From assembly GCF_037042905.1 (NCBI RefSeq), contig NC_087251.1, positions 27,468,001-27,532,000 on the forward strand: a stretch of 64,000 bases of DNA, in the 5' to 3' direction. The notes below the pieces were generated by a model. It made no database searches, was not told the origin of the DNA, and saw only the letters and a list, made by a program, of their open reading frames with translations. Numbering within the stretch: position 1 is the stretch's first letter; each line of letters opens with the position of its first letter. Of this stretch, positions 25,032 through 40,000 are shown piece after piece. This stretch comes from Lytechinus pictus (Eukaryota). Made by a program: the position numbers and the translations under genes.

Positions 25032-28000
25032 GTAAGTAACATTATTAAAATACCCTTCATAAGTCACAATTATCCGATTCAATTTGGATAAAATGGACAA
25101 AAGTTAACACTTAATCTATGCGATTATAGCATTATATTATATTTTCAATTACAAAGTCAAGTATTTAATATATATATAAATATCCAGACAACCCTCCGAA
25201 ACAAATATTATTTATTAAGGACCCTACGTACAAATTTCGTTTGTAAAATAGTCTCGAGTCTCGACACGTTGTCGCAATATTCGCGATTTCATCATCCAGA
25301 AAACAGTGCATGCACTGTGCGCATGTGTGTAGCGAGATGCATAATGCGAAATTTGAGATAGAGTGGGGCGATGATGTTTTTAACCTGCCAATGTATTATT
25401 CATGGATAATCTATCCTCCCTGGATATAATAAGGAGGACATCATGCTAATGTGACAGCTGGGATATCGTTGGGTATTACACAGTAAAATATAAGATTGTG
25501 CATAGTGAAGACGAAATGTTGAGTTTGGTTGTGGTAGTGGTGATGATGATGATGATGACGATGGTGATTTGATGATGATGATGATGATGTGATGATGTTG
25601 CATGGCGGTGGTGCATGCGTTGTATATGATTTGGTGGTTGTGATCATGAAATCATATTCATGTTGTGATGATGATGATGATGTTGGTGGTGTATGATAAT
25701 GATGACGTTGACAATGATACATGTACGTGATGGTGGTTGTGGTGGTGGTGATGATAACGGCGATGATGTTCAATTTGAGTATTAGAAATGAACTTCATGA
25801 AAAAGGGTCGATTTATTAAACCGTTTTTCCAGAATGTTTCTGTGTAGTTCTTATTTAAATGTCAAGTCAAAGGACCATCCTTGATGACTATACCACTATT
25901 GATAAAGAAAACAAACAAATTTGCCACTATTTATTTTTGCTAATTCGACGGTCAAATATCACAACGTCACGTTGAGATTAAATGACGGGGTATTATAGAT
26001 TTTTAATCTAAATGGGAGTAGTTTAAGATAAGACATTCTCAGGATGGTCTAATGAGTTATGAGAAATACTTCGTTTTACGGCCCGGTTCGTATTTTACAT
26101 TAATATTCTTTCATGACACCTGTCATAAATCATGACCGCAAATCGATTTTAAGGGGGGGGGGGGACCTTGTTTATTAACCAAAGGAAGTGGTAACTATTG
26201 TTAATATTTTGGCAAAAAATAATCATTCTAATAATTTCGTTCTTTGTTTTAGATTCTACTAATTCTATAGGCATAATGTATAATCCCGGATCATACCAGA
26301 AAAAACACTGTTCTGTCTTTAAAAAAAATAATTCTTAGAATTATTTGCGTAAACGTTTTCAACATGTGTTTGGGCTATTTATTTCCTTTACATGCATGGC
26401 TTTGTATATCAGGGAAATTGTTGGTTATGACGTAAACCATTTCATCTTCTGGCTGGTATAATTTCTTTCTCTGAAAATAAATCCGTATCCACAATACCCC
26501 TATATTATAGAAAGTGTACACGCCCCCATTTACGCCCTTTTTTACCCCTTTTGATGTGCACCCAAGAAAAACAACGGTCCTTCGGCTTCGCCCTTTGTTC
26601 GATGACAGTCCTTCCACGGCTTCGGCCAGGTTTACTTTTTCTTCGTCCTTTGAAGTAGGATTACGATGGTTGAAATCTAATCTTCTGCACAATTATATTG
26701 TCCTTTATAGAAGAAAGCCACGATGGATAATACCCGCACAAAGGACTTCAATATTGGCCGTGACTCCGACTTTCACCATGCATGATCCACCCAACCCTGT
26801 GTATCTCTTGAATTTTATGGTTCGGAAATTGTTACAGGAGAATTAAATAAAGTCTTTATAACAATGTTGGAGTTTAACGATCATCCCAAAGCTTGTTGAA
26901 TATCACGGATAAGGTGTAGTGCTATATGATTCTGCGAGGTGTGTGAATAGAGAGAGATTGCATTCCATTTGATTACTGGCTGTAATATTTTTACTGAGCG
27001 AAGTTAGAGTTATACGCAAATTATAAGCATTAGAGTTATACGCAAGTTATACGCATGAATAAAAGGAATATCTAAGATTATTATTAAAGGGGTTAGCGAC
27101 TTAGCATTTAATATCCAAAAGTGTTATTACGGTACTAATATCTAATCTGAATACATTCCTAAAATGTATATTTTTTCGTCAGTGATCACTATACATACCC
27201 ATGTTAAATCAATAGACCAATTCATACTGAAAAATCTAATATAATCGTTGTAATTATTTATGACATTTTTACACCATTGTTCTGTCAGTAACTTTGAAAT
27301 ATACCGGTATACAAGTCATGTAGGATTAACGACCTTCTATCAATCATCTACCCTGCTTCAATTGAGGATTATACATTAGAATAGTACAGACATATGGAAA
27401 GAAATTGTGGTCACATTGGTATCAGCTTACCAGTAAGAATTATCAGCTGTACAGAGATAATATTTCTAGTACCTTTCTACTTATTCTAGAACATCCGTAT
27501 AGGCGTTCTGATTGTATAGCAGATAACATTAGGTGACACATTTTGATTGCCCGATGATTGAGCTTTTTTTTGGAGAAAGAGTCTTCCTTCCTGATTGTCA
27601 GTAAATTAGGGGAATGAAGACCGAACGAAGGATACGCATTTACATAGCTTTTAAAGATAATTTTAATAGCTTTTAAGATGAAAAGTTGAAAACAGTGAAG
27701 AATATTTACATTTTATTCGCATCTCAAATTTTATAATTACTAGACTTATACGACATGTTTCTTACAATTCAATATTGGGGTATCTTTAGGAAATTATTCA
27801 GGTTTTTTTTTCCATCATGTTCATCATGCTCATCGGTACATACAACATAATCTTTCTGCTTGCCTTGTATTTTTTCTCAATTTTTTAAAATTTCGATTTA
27901 AACAAAATTAGTTTGTAAATGCTACTGCATTTACTACAATACATGTATCATATGGTCTGATTAATTTTTTTTTATTGCATCTCAAGCATGTCACTGAGTC

Positions 28001-31000
28001 CCGATGTTCATTTATCATAAAATGCCTCTTTTCTCATGTTTCTACTTTGAGTCTAGTACACAATGCAATTGATCGCAGATAGATTTGCAATTCTCTTTGT
28101 CCTTTGTTTGATCAGATAGATTGAGAGATGGTGATGTAAACCAATAAAACCCGAGGACGATCCCACTCCCCCCCCCCCAAAAAAAAAAAAAGACTACCCC
28201 CTCCTACATGCTCCCTTTTTCGAAATATCTTTAAAGGACAAGTCCCCCGCAACCCAAAGTTGATTTGGATAAAAAGAGAAAAATCCAACAAATATAACAC
28301 TGAAAATTTCATCAAATTCGGATTAGGAATAAGAAAGTTATGACATTTCAAAATTTCGATTAATTTCACCAAACAATTATAATATACACACGCTGGTCAG
28401 TATGCAAATGAGGAGACTGATGACGTCATCCACTCACTATTTCTCTTGTATTTATTAAATGAAATATGAAATATTCTAATTTTCTCCTTATTGTCAAGTG
28501 AAACAGCGGTTTATTCCTATATCAGTTCAGTCAAGTTGGTCCTTATTGTCAAATCTGTAAATAATGAAATATTGTATGATTCAAACAATACAAAACAAAA
28601 GAGATAGTGAGAGAGGGACATCTTCGACTGTCTCATTTTCATGTCACTGAGTTGTGCATATTACTACTGTTTTGTGAAAAATAAGCGAAACTTTAAAATG
28701 CCATAACTTTCTTATTTGACATCCGATTTTGATGAAATTGTCAGCATTATGCTAGTTTGATTTTTCTCTTTTTATGCAAATCAACATTTTCTGGGGTGGA
28801 CTTGACCTTAAGACAGCTAGTAAATAGGCCCTCTACAGATTCTAAAAAAGGGTAATGGTTTATTTTCTTGTATTAAATGTTTGATATGACGTGATAAAGA
28901 TATCAGGCGAAGGATTAAGGTCGATCAATACGAGCTTGCCTGGATATTTCAATGCCCTCCTTCCTTCCCAAGATTCCCATTTTTTGTTTATTAATACCCT
29001 AGCCTAAAGATAAATCATTCAAAATGTTTTTTTTTCTGGTATGGGGATCATCCGATATCGCCTTCCTCCTGTGATAAAAACTGTTTTCGTTTCATCACAA
29101 GATGGAAGTTTACCATCCAGCCATAGATACTTATTTGTTACACTTAAAAAAATGAAGTGCTAATTTAGCACTTACAGTGTTCGTATAGTGACTGCACTAC
29201 GAGTGCTGATTTTCTAGTTTAAATTTGAACTAGAAAATCAGCACTCGTAGTGCAGTCACTATGCAAGCACTGTAAGTGCTAAATTAGCACTAAAAGGCAG
29301 GGAGGGGCATGGAAGTGCGCGATGATTGTTACTCTTAAAGACTATTATGGATAAATAGGTCAATATACGAAGTCATGATCAGGGAAATGGCTTTGGGTCC
29401 GATTACTTATTGTTTACGGAACAAACAACAAGGTCTATGTATTGTATTACCACGACTATTATACCATCATTCTATTCATTTCTTGTATTACAATTTTGCA
29501 AGTACACACGTGTTCGTATTACCTTTGTAAACAAAGTCCACCCTGAATTATTTACCGGGAAAATCTAGTTTTCATTTCACTTCATGTGCCGCCGAAGAGT
29601 AGTTTGAAATTATATCCTGTCTTATAATACATCTCTGCTAGTTTTGAATTTTCTCTTTTTTTCTCAGTCGATAATAGAACCCTGTTTTCTGAGACCAACC
29701 CACGGAGCTAGATTGTTGCAGCGTTACGTGCGAAGAGGGAGATGCTCCAAGTTCTGTCACTAACCCATCTCCTTTCCTCCCTCGAATTATGCAAACCCAT
29801 TTTTTCTCTCAATCTTCCTGCATGTGAAACACACGCAAACATTGTTTAATGAGTATTGTTTTCACGTGTTCTATAAAGACAATTCAATACCACGAAAAGA
29901 CGTGTCCCGACCATTGTTCCAATCCTCTTGATGACAACCATTAGTCTGATCAAGAGAGTGAGAGGTCCAAAGTTGAAGAACACCCGAGTAGGTTGCTTAT
30001 TTGCCCACCTTCAACTATTTTTCCATCATTCTATTGTACTCTTATGAAAAAATGAGGTTATCTAAATCGTTACTCTCCAATTGCTTTACATTTTCAGATT
30101 ATCCATGTACTTATTCATAATCAGAATGATATATGTGATAGATGAGGAACAACTGCATGTTTGGATAGCGATTATTGAGATAGAACAAGACGCTAGCGGC
30201 TGAAAACAATAATCAGAGTGATAGATATCAAACAAAGTGTCAATATTTCTCTTAGATATATAATCATTTCACTTGTGCAGTTGCTCATTTTGTGCGTCGA
30301 TCTTTTGTGTTCACATAATGATATTCACTTTTTTTTCATTATTTATTTTCATTGATCGTATACATAATGTATATAATCATCACACCGCACATACACACAA
30401 CTATAGTTACCCTTCCTTTCGTTTCCGCTTACTCATTCACACTCTTAAAACAAATAAGTCAAATTGACTAGACAGGTAGTCAGCTGGGTGCAACTGATAT
30501 GCTAGTCACATTTCTGACATATATTCTAGTTAGAAATAACTATGTTCTGTAAAATACGACAAGAAATAGTCACATATGACTAGAATAACAGTAGCACCCT
30601 GACTGATTTGTTTTTGTTTTTAGAGTGCATTCTTCCATCTTTGAATTCTTCTTCCCATCTCCATCCATCGACATGCTTATGTATCCATTCATTCATCGTC
30701 CATCAAATCCTTCCATCAACTCCTCCATCCATCTATTCATCCATCCATCCATTGTATTCCATTAAATTCATTATTATTCCGATTCACCCCATCTACCATT
30801 CAAATCCCCTTGACTTTGTTGGTATGAATCGACTTGTATACATTGACTTGTGATTTTAGATTATCATAAATTATTATTTACCCAAGTCTGAAAGCGACTT
30901 CGAGCAATACAATTTTTTTTTGCTCTGTTAATAATGAAGTAATGTTCAACGTTTATGTTCCCATCTTTGTTTTTTTAAATGTATATTTGAGTCTGTTGAC

Positions 31001-34000
31001 GAACCATAAAGTAAAACTGTTGCATTGTGTAGCTTACAGCCGTGCTCCCAAAATTAATAATAGACTTTTGTAAGGTTGGTCTACATGTATGTGTAATATC
31101 AGTATTTTGTTTGTAAACAGTATACCAGTCCATGCTTAGGGTAACCAGAAAACCATAATTCCTTCCCTTAGGGTGGACATATATGTACACAGTCCTAAAG
31201 AGCTTCGAGTTGTTTATCTCAGAATAGTTTTTTGCATCAAACTTATGTGACGTAGTGTCAAAGTTCGTTTGTAAGATATGTATCTCTACGACCCTAAAGC
31301 CGTGGAGAGGCGAACTTTTCATATTTGATCCTGGTGAAATAAGAAACTTCATGTCATGTAGATCCTTTATCATGGCCATGGGAAACGGGGGTGCTGGGGG
31401 TGCTGAAGCACCCCAAACATTTTCCTGGGGGTGCTGCATGTATTATTTCCAAGCACCTCATGAATTTTGGACGGTATGACAAAATGGAGAAATGTAGCCA
31501 ATCTTTTTTTTGTTTACAGAAACCCTTTTTTTTTTGCTTGTCAAATTGACATTCAGCACCCCCAGTCAAAATATCGTTCCCAGTGCCCTGTCCTTAATAC
31601 ATTCTTTTTCAAACAGTCACATGAGGTTTATGGCCCCATTTTCCTTCAAATCATTACTATATTTAGAATGATTTATTGGTCGATCGGTGGCCTAAGCACC
31701 AACAGGGATATGAATCTTGTTCCAGTTCTAAATATTTCAACAGTAATGGCAGCATTCGTTTGGTTCTACATTCAATGAGGAGTTACTCCTTGTCTTTACC
31801 ATGGTTCATGTCTTTACCAAGTATGTTTATGGGGTTCGATAATCATGTAAATGTGCAAGTCTTTTTTTTTATTAGGAAATGTTTTTTCTTTTTATAACCT
31901 TTACATGAAAACATTCAATAAGATGTAAGTTCATTCTAGAATTTCTAGAGGGAAAGTCGGAAGAAATAAAGGAGAAAAGGGAAAATGAATACCAATAAAG
32001 AAGAAGAAAGAAAAGCAAGAGACAGTAGGTTAAGTTTCTTCATTTTATCAAATTGGAAGAGGTAACTGCACTTTTTTTGTTTTCGGTTGATGGTGAATAA
32101 TCCAGATGACCCAAATGACAAAAAACAATTAACCGAGAAATAAACCTAAAATCTCGAAATCACTAGTTGGCTGGGTGTGTGTGTTTATCGACGAAGAAGG
32201 GGGGGGGGGGGTTACCTTTTTGTATGATTATAAATATTATAAATCGCATTCAAGTCCAGGTATATTACGAATTTATTTTCAAACTGACACCGAATTCGGA
32301 TTTGATTCGGTTAGCAATATTCGAATATGACCTTTGAAGATGAAATATGACTTTCCGAATGCCAACGCCATCTGTATGCGTTTAGTCACAGACTAGTTAT
32401 AACCTGTCAAACATACAACAAAGTTTCCTCTTTTGGGCAGGTTTTGTGCCCTTCAACTCCAGTATAAATAGGACGGTGGAAGCCATTGTTTAGGAGGGAA
32501 AATAGTAACCAAGTGCCGGCCGGTAAATGTTCATATATCAGGTCGGGATCTGGCCCGGCCTTTTCGATTCAAATTTGGAATACATTACCTTCGATTTTTT
32601 TAAAGCGCTACCCATATGATTTGCATTATTCCATGTTAAGAGTTCCTATCACAAAGGTGGCCTCTGCAACAAACATAATATTAAGACAATTCCCTGGTTG
32701 ATGCGTCCCCGTTCGTTCTTTTTCGGTCATAGACATCTTTATTTTAACAAGTATTGGTTGGAAAGACAACGATATTTGATGTTGGCCCTAGGCTATGGTT
32801 ATTTGTTAGGAAAATTACATAGATCTCGACATAACTGCAGGCCAATTTGTTTGACCATGGACCCGCTACATGGTTTGACTATAGAGGTGATATCTCTTTG
32901 GTTTGACGGACCAGGTAGGTCCGGGAGTTTGTCATGGACATTCGGAGCATGGATTGACCAAGCAACGTACGCCAGATATATGAAGAGGAACAGCGGTTTG
33001 TCTTTGAGCCACAGGTCTTGCCCGTTGACTTGTGATTTAAAATCCTCCAAGCTATTTTTAATTGACAATACGAAATGCATGATGATAGCTAATTATACCA
33101 AGGAGTTCCTTACAGCAGGACAAATGCAACATGCTAATTCTGTGTAGCAGTGATTGTCCACCTGTTGCACTTTGCCTGGACTTTCGCGCGGTGTAAAGTA
33201 AAAATGACCTGTTGGATCGGTACCAGATATCGACTGCATGACCTAAAAGTATGATCATGCTTGTAGTATATTGTTGACAGTTTGTTTGCTAATAATCTCT
33301 ATCGAATCCAAGAGATATTATTCCCAATTGCTAGTATCATTATAGCAATGATAGTAAACCATGTACTTATATTTTGAGGGTCCGTCGATTCACAGTGTTT
33401 GAACATCATGTTCAACATGTCCATGTCAAGAGGAAATGGACATCGTTCCACATCTTAATCACTCTCTACATTTTCGATAGATGACAAATATACTGTATTT
33501 TGTATGCGTTCTGGCTTACGATTTTTTTTCACCAACATGGCCTTAGAATACAGACGATAATAGAGATAACGGAATTTGGCTGTTTCCCGTTTCCCGCGTA
33601 AAAACTCAGTTCACCCGAATAAACCCACCACTACAGAAAGGGTGAAAGTACCTTTAAAAGTACAGAGGGGTTAAATCCAGCCATATCTGGTTGTATTCAT
33701 GCACCCATAATCTAGTCCGTGTTTGTTTGAGATGAAGTATTCACAATAACGAAATAGGACCCAGTAATGCTTATTCACGCTATTGTCAGATTGTGTACTT
33801 TGATCCGAATCCTCTTATGTAACTTGCGTAATTATAGCTTATTTTGACCCTAAAACTAAAATTAAAGAACAGTTGATAGAAAGAGATTCCATTTGATAGG
33901 CATGTTTGCTTTTGAAAAAAAAAAGCTTCTGTAATTATGTTATGATGTTTCATTTATACGGATGGGTTGGGTCAGTTCACTGTTAAAGTTCAAATCAAGC

Positions 34001-37000
34001 CATGGACCCTCCACTAAAGTTTCCGACAAGGTTTCCTTTGCCAGTCTGCAGGTGTCCTGTACGTGTCTTTGGGTTGGAAGAAATCTCTTATTTGCATCAG
34101 GTGATCAATGCTTGCATGATATTGCAAAATAAAGGCCTCGTTTGATCACCCTGTTAATTGCGTCGGATTAAAGTTAATTATAAAGGATCAGGGCCTGGGA
34201 TGAAAATGAGTTGGGGAAAGCATATGGCCCCAAACCGCCACGAGGACCACATCCCAGCTGTAATCTCATTGTAGGACTACATTGTCATGCAGAATATTGT
34301 TGTCGTTGTCTTATTTTAATCATGCCTTGAGTTAGCACTTCTAACTTTAAGGTTACGTATATCATCTTTGGCCAATCCATGGTCAACGCAAAGAGTTCGA
34401 GAATTTCAGCGTTTGAGGATGACTGTCCAGTCTGTGACCAATCTGGGTTCATTGGTTTATCGTGCATGTAGTTTTGATAGATATAGGAACATTTAAACTA
34501 AATGATAAAGATTTCAGTATAATGAGCATTGTTGGGCTGTATGCTCATGCAATTAACGGTGCATGATCGATGTATATGATGCATAGGCCTACTTCATGAG
34601 AGTATCTTGCTAGAATAGTTTCATGTTTTTATTTATGAACTAATGGAAACAAGAATATGCTCCAACCGCAAGACCACACCCTTTTAACGCGCTCCCAGTC
34701 CCGGGACACGCTCGGCGCTCTTCCATTGTTGACATCCAGCACCGTGAATCTCCTTCAGTTGGTTCCAAAGTCATCTTCAGAATGAGAAGAGAAAGTACAA
34801 TCGAAAAACAACAATGGCTTCCTATATAGCGCTAAACAATACCACATTCAAGTTGTGCATTGAATGGTAATGACTTTGCAGAATGGACACAGAAAAGGGG
34901 CTTATGACAAGTCCACTTGTCGGACAATGACCGAGAAATCGGTCACGGTTTCATGGTAAAATGATTGATTTATGGAAGGAAAAGTCTTTTTGTCTAAAAT
35001 GTATTATTTTGTCATACCGATGTATATATCTAGCTAAAGCACTTCCAGACAATACAAATGGCAAACAAGCAGGAACAAACATGCAAGCAACTCTAACCCC
35101 CCTCAACAGAACAAAATTTACTCTGCTTTTTTCACTGGTCAGGTGCATTCTTTCATAATGAACTACGATAAAGAATGATTATATCCCTAACAAGGATGAT
35201 CATATTCATATCTTGTTGTAAGAGTAGTGCACATGTATGTAAGATGTTCTTAAAATATTTAGGAGTTGCAAAGAAAGCAGTGAGTTCGAACAGAACGCAC
35301 CAGACAATACATGAAAATGAAATTAAGGGAGATCATGCTGTGTACGTAATATTTCGTAACAGTCATGTAAAATGCACGATCATGACATTTTCATGTGGAA
35401 TGTTACCCTTTACATGAGAAAGATGTTCTTAAAATATTTGTAATTTCTCTAGCTGCTGCTTTAACACTTATAGGAGTTGCAAAGCAGCGATTCAAAGTTC
35501 TAACAGAACGTACCAGACAATACATGAAAATGAAATAAAGGGAGATCATGCTGTGTACGTAATGTTTCGTAACCTGTAAACTGCATGATCATGATATTTT
35601 CATGTGTAATGTTACCCTATATAACGCTGTGCGTTTATGCACATGACGCCAACAGTGACGTATGCCTTCTGAGGCACGTTGCAACAAAAAGTTTCGATCA
35701 AATACAACTCCAAAAAATCAAACGCAACTTAAATTTTCAACCAATGAAACACGTGTATTAGGGATTTGTATTTGATTTTTTCGAGTTCTGTTTAAACCAA
35801 CGTCTTTCTGCAACGAGGTCCCTTGGTAAGACAGCCCATAACCACCTTGACCACTACCTATCAGTATACCAGTACCAGCTTTTCCTGGGGTTTTATGATT
35901 AATGTTATAGGGTTGTCTTTATATAATTGTTTCCCAAGGTTGAATTTGTTTTGAAATTTCAGGAGTTAACCGTGCCCACCTTGCAAAAAAATACTACGAC
36001 GTGGATGGATACTGTTGTCACATTATAAAAATGATATGTTTATGCTCTTACAAATTGATATTCGAAAATGTTTGGATATATCCAAATCTATAACTATTCA
36101 GTTAAAAAGGTTTAATCGTTACCTAATTTTCCAAGCAGGAAAGAGATTTCTATAGTATAAGGGTTCATGAAAGGTTGAAATGAATAAATGTATTTTGAGT
36201 GTTAATTACTCTGCTGTTCTCATTTCCTCTTCTCGGTCATGACGCCCAGACCTGTTCCTCGATATGGTATAGCCCTATTGTTCTCATAGGACTTCCTGGA
36301 TATTGATTGATCAGTTGTTCGATGATTACCAGAAATGTGAATTCGGCCATGTATTCGCAATCCTTTATTTTGAAGGGGAGGGGGATGGCGATGGTGGTGG
36401 GTGACTAATATAATCTCTGTACAGATGAATTAGGAATAATTTTCTCGGGGGGCCACTTCGATTGACGAGTGGATACCATGCGAGACCATGGGGTCTCGAA
36501 AAGCACCCTAAATATGTATTTTCCATATTTTGAAAATGCACCCCTTAACAAGTATAGGCGTGTGAAACCCTACCCTTAACAAGTATTGGAAACAAAACGA
36601 GACCCTTGGCAAGTATTCCTTGAATTGAACCCCTAAACAATTACAGCGATATCTTGATTGTTGTCACGGACGTCGGTCGTCAGTTTTACCTTTACTTGCT
36701 TACATCCCCACATCATTAGGTTTAGTACGGCCCCACCTCCCACACATCGCGCAAATCGGACTCTAAACACGTAGTGTTTACTGTTGGGGCGAAAAGTACA
36801 TCATTTATGAAACATTTTAGTCTTTTTTATACCCTCGCAAATTTGACCCTAAACACGTAGCTTTCCTAGCGAAATACCCCTTTTTTCATTATTTTATTGT
36901 TTTTGACACCCTTATTACGTTACGTACGTAACGTGCCCTATGTTGAAAAATACACCCTCTTTACGTGTTTTTTTTTTACTCGCATGGTATCCACTCGTCA

Positions 37001-40000
37001 ATGTAAGTGCCCTCTCCCGGGGATAATTTCTAACGTAAATTAAATCAATATATTGAAATAATATTGAAGAAAGACACGAAATGAGTTCATACGGGATTGC
37101 CATATAGTTGCGACTATGTTGAATAATATAAGGTCCTTGAGTTCTTTGTCTGCTATATAATGGAGTCGGTCAACTTGAAATTAATGAGGAATAGCACTTA
37201 TGAATCGATATAAATTGTCATGTTTTTGTTATTCGAACTGGAGAGCACTAAACTGAGTCTTTAGATCTAACGAATTTTATGGCTGGTTTGATGAAGGTGA
37301 CATTGAAAGTTCCGTTTTTTTGTGAATTCATAGTGTTATTATTTCATGTCCCCCCCCCCCCTCTCTCTCTCTGTCATTTTCTTTCAAAACGCCCCGTGTT
37401 TTGTTCTGATTCTTCATGCCTCTCAATTCAGCTTGGCAAGTTTTGCTGAAGGTGACTTTGAGAAGAACCCGTATACATGAATGAATGCCCATTGAATAAA
37501 TTATCAGCTGTGTCGGTGTGTTTACGTTTTATCTTATCATGGAGAGGGTATTCAGATCCTTTAAGCTTGCAGTTACGGTAATTGATAAGAGGAAATAACA
37601 ACCTGGCAGAAAATTGAAAGTATAACACGTACATGTACAACAAGTTCATGTATGAGACAAGGGGCCCGTTTCATAGAGCTGTTCGTAAGTTAAGAGTGAC
37701 TTTAAGAATCGATCCTTTCTTGTGGTAAATGATGTTCACCATGAAATGATCATTGATGATTATTTCGCGCTCAAGAAAGGTTCACCAACGTTCTTAAAGT
37801 CACTTTTAACTTGCGAACAGTTGTATGAAACGGCCACAGAGCCTATATAATCTATTTCCTTATTATATCATCAAGATCATTACATGGAGTTACGCAGCAG
37901 GGGCCGAGTTGGGGGGGGGGGGTATAGTGTTAGTAAGCAGTGATCAGATAAAAATATTAACTGGGGAATTTAGAAACGGTGCATGGGCTAGGATTGGAGA
38001 GAAAAACTGAGAAATCAGCAGGTTGTAATACAAATAAACAAAAGATAGATATCTTCCGCGGCAGTCGGAGCGGATGGGGGGGGGGGGGCACACCTATATA
38101 CCAACGTTTTACACATTTTTTTAATTATTATTATTATTTGCAAAAGCAATGCATTGGGGAATATTCGGTAAAAGATAAAAAAATATCACACGTTTGGACA
38201 GAATAACGACAGAGTATTAGGCATATTTGCTCTACCAATAAATTGCAAGATGTAACTTTACCTTCCCTCCTAATGACACTACATACAGCCGTCAAACAAT
38301 TCTGTTTGGGAAACGAATATTATTTTATCTCAAGGTTATTTTTTCAGCTGCTTTTATAACCGATGAATATTATTTGTACGTGTATCTACCAGTCTACAGC
38401 GTATGACTAGAATGAAAAATGCATTTGCGCTGCCAACGGCTGACTAGAATTGTAAAGTGAAATAAAAAAAAATGAAGATGTCGTCAAACAGCTATGAAGT
38501 GACAGGGTTATTAGACAAGGAAAATATATAGATTTTTTGACAGAAGGGCTAGAGGACGGAAACTATGTGAGATAAAAGAACACAATTAAATGTCCGCAAC
38601 AATAAGAAAAACAGGATTGATAGGAAACCTCAAAGGAAATCTCTTTGATCGACGCCCACTATACCGTATTCTCTTGTCAAGTTCGTCTGGTAACTTTCTC
38701 TTTCACTTTCCCACAAAATAATTTCCTGCATAGTATTGATAAAAATGAAGAGAGGAGGAAAGTGTCTAACCATTAGCATATACATGTATACACACATAAT
38801 GATGATGAAGAGAAAATAGTTGTACAATTATTGTGACGCATCGAAAGCAGCGAGTTCTTACTGACTTTGTGGTCCACGAATTGAGATATTTTCAGCACGT
38901 ACATTTTGTTACATATTTTTTTTTTCATACCAGCATTACGACCACACTTGATTAATCCGAACAAAACACCGCAACTAAAATAAAGTTCATTTACAACAAA
39001 TCACATAATTAGCGGGTATAGGGGTAAAATATGAGGGCATATAGTCCCCCCGGATAAAACAATCGAAAATACTATCTACATGTAGCTATTATGCCAAGAT
39101 AGTTATGATTGTGAGTCGTGTTGAATGTTGTGAAAACTTGTGATACCAACAACTGCCCAAAGTTTGACATGCATAATGTGGTTCTGATTTTGAATAAAAC
39201 TTCCTCGCACTGCAATCATTCTGTTATATATTGTTTATTTCATTATGTTTCAATTACTTCCAAAGACAAAATCTTGAGTTTTATTCAATATGTCAAACCA
39301 TTGAAAATAGACAACACTGCATCGTACGCCTGCCCCATACATCCTCCTCCTTACCTCCTCTCTTACTGAAAATTGACGCAAGTGAAAGTTTCGCCACAGA
39401 TTGTAGTCTCCTGTAAACAAATGCATTTGGTCTTGACACCCTCTCAAGATTCGTTGTTATCATTTCTTCTTTTTTGTTACTTTTCCCTGCAGGATGGATC
39501 GGGTCAGTAGCCTTTGGGATAATGTTCGCAGCATCGCCGATCTCGACCGGTCTGTTCAAGCGCTTCGGACATCGTAAAGTCGCCATCGTCGGCGTTCTCC
39601 TTTGCAGCGCCGGTCTCCTCCTCTCGGCCGCCGTGCCCAACCCCTACTACCTTTTCGCCACCTACAGTCTCCTGTTCGGTGTCGGCAGCAACTTCATCGA
39701 TAACACATCATTAAATTTGATCGGCACCTACTTCCCGAGGAAGAACAGCGCCCGTGCATCTTGTTTCGCCACTCTTGGATGGAGTATAGGTTGGTATCAA
39801 AACTTTTTGTTTATTTTAATTGAAATTGAAAGTGAATATTCGGAAATACCTTTATCTTTATTTCTTTGAATAGAAAATGAAATTATTTACCAAAAAACAT
39901 TGTTGAATGAAAGTTGACAATAGCTTAATATTATAAACTGCATGATACAATGTTTAGATCGTGTTTCCGGCCAAGGCTAAAGATTAGTTTTAGTGAAAAC

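Noticed and set aside
25400..25773. His/Ser/Thr-rich ORFs
   Set aside because: Translation of a (GAT/GGT)n microsatellite.
26375..26846. Overlapping 105- and 110-aa ORFs; minus-strand GRRKSKPGRSRGRTVIEQ faintly like an RTE-LINE C-terminus
   Set aside because: Stops in all frames, no convincing splice sites, and the resemblance is too short to support a call.
32486..33147. 149-aa and 71-aa plus-strand ORFs in SLC16 intron 1 as extra exons or a nested gene
   Set aside because: SLC16 exons 1 and 2 join with nothing missing; no domain recognised; more likely decayed repeat sequence.
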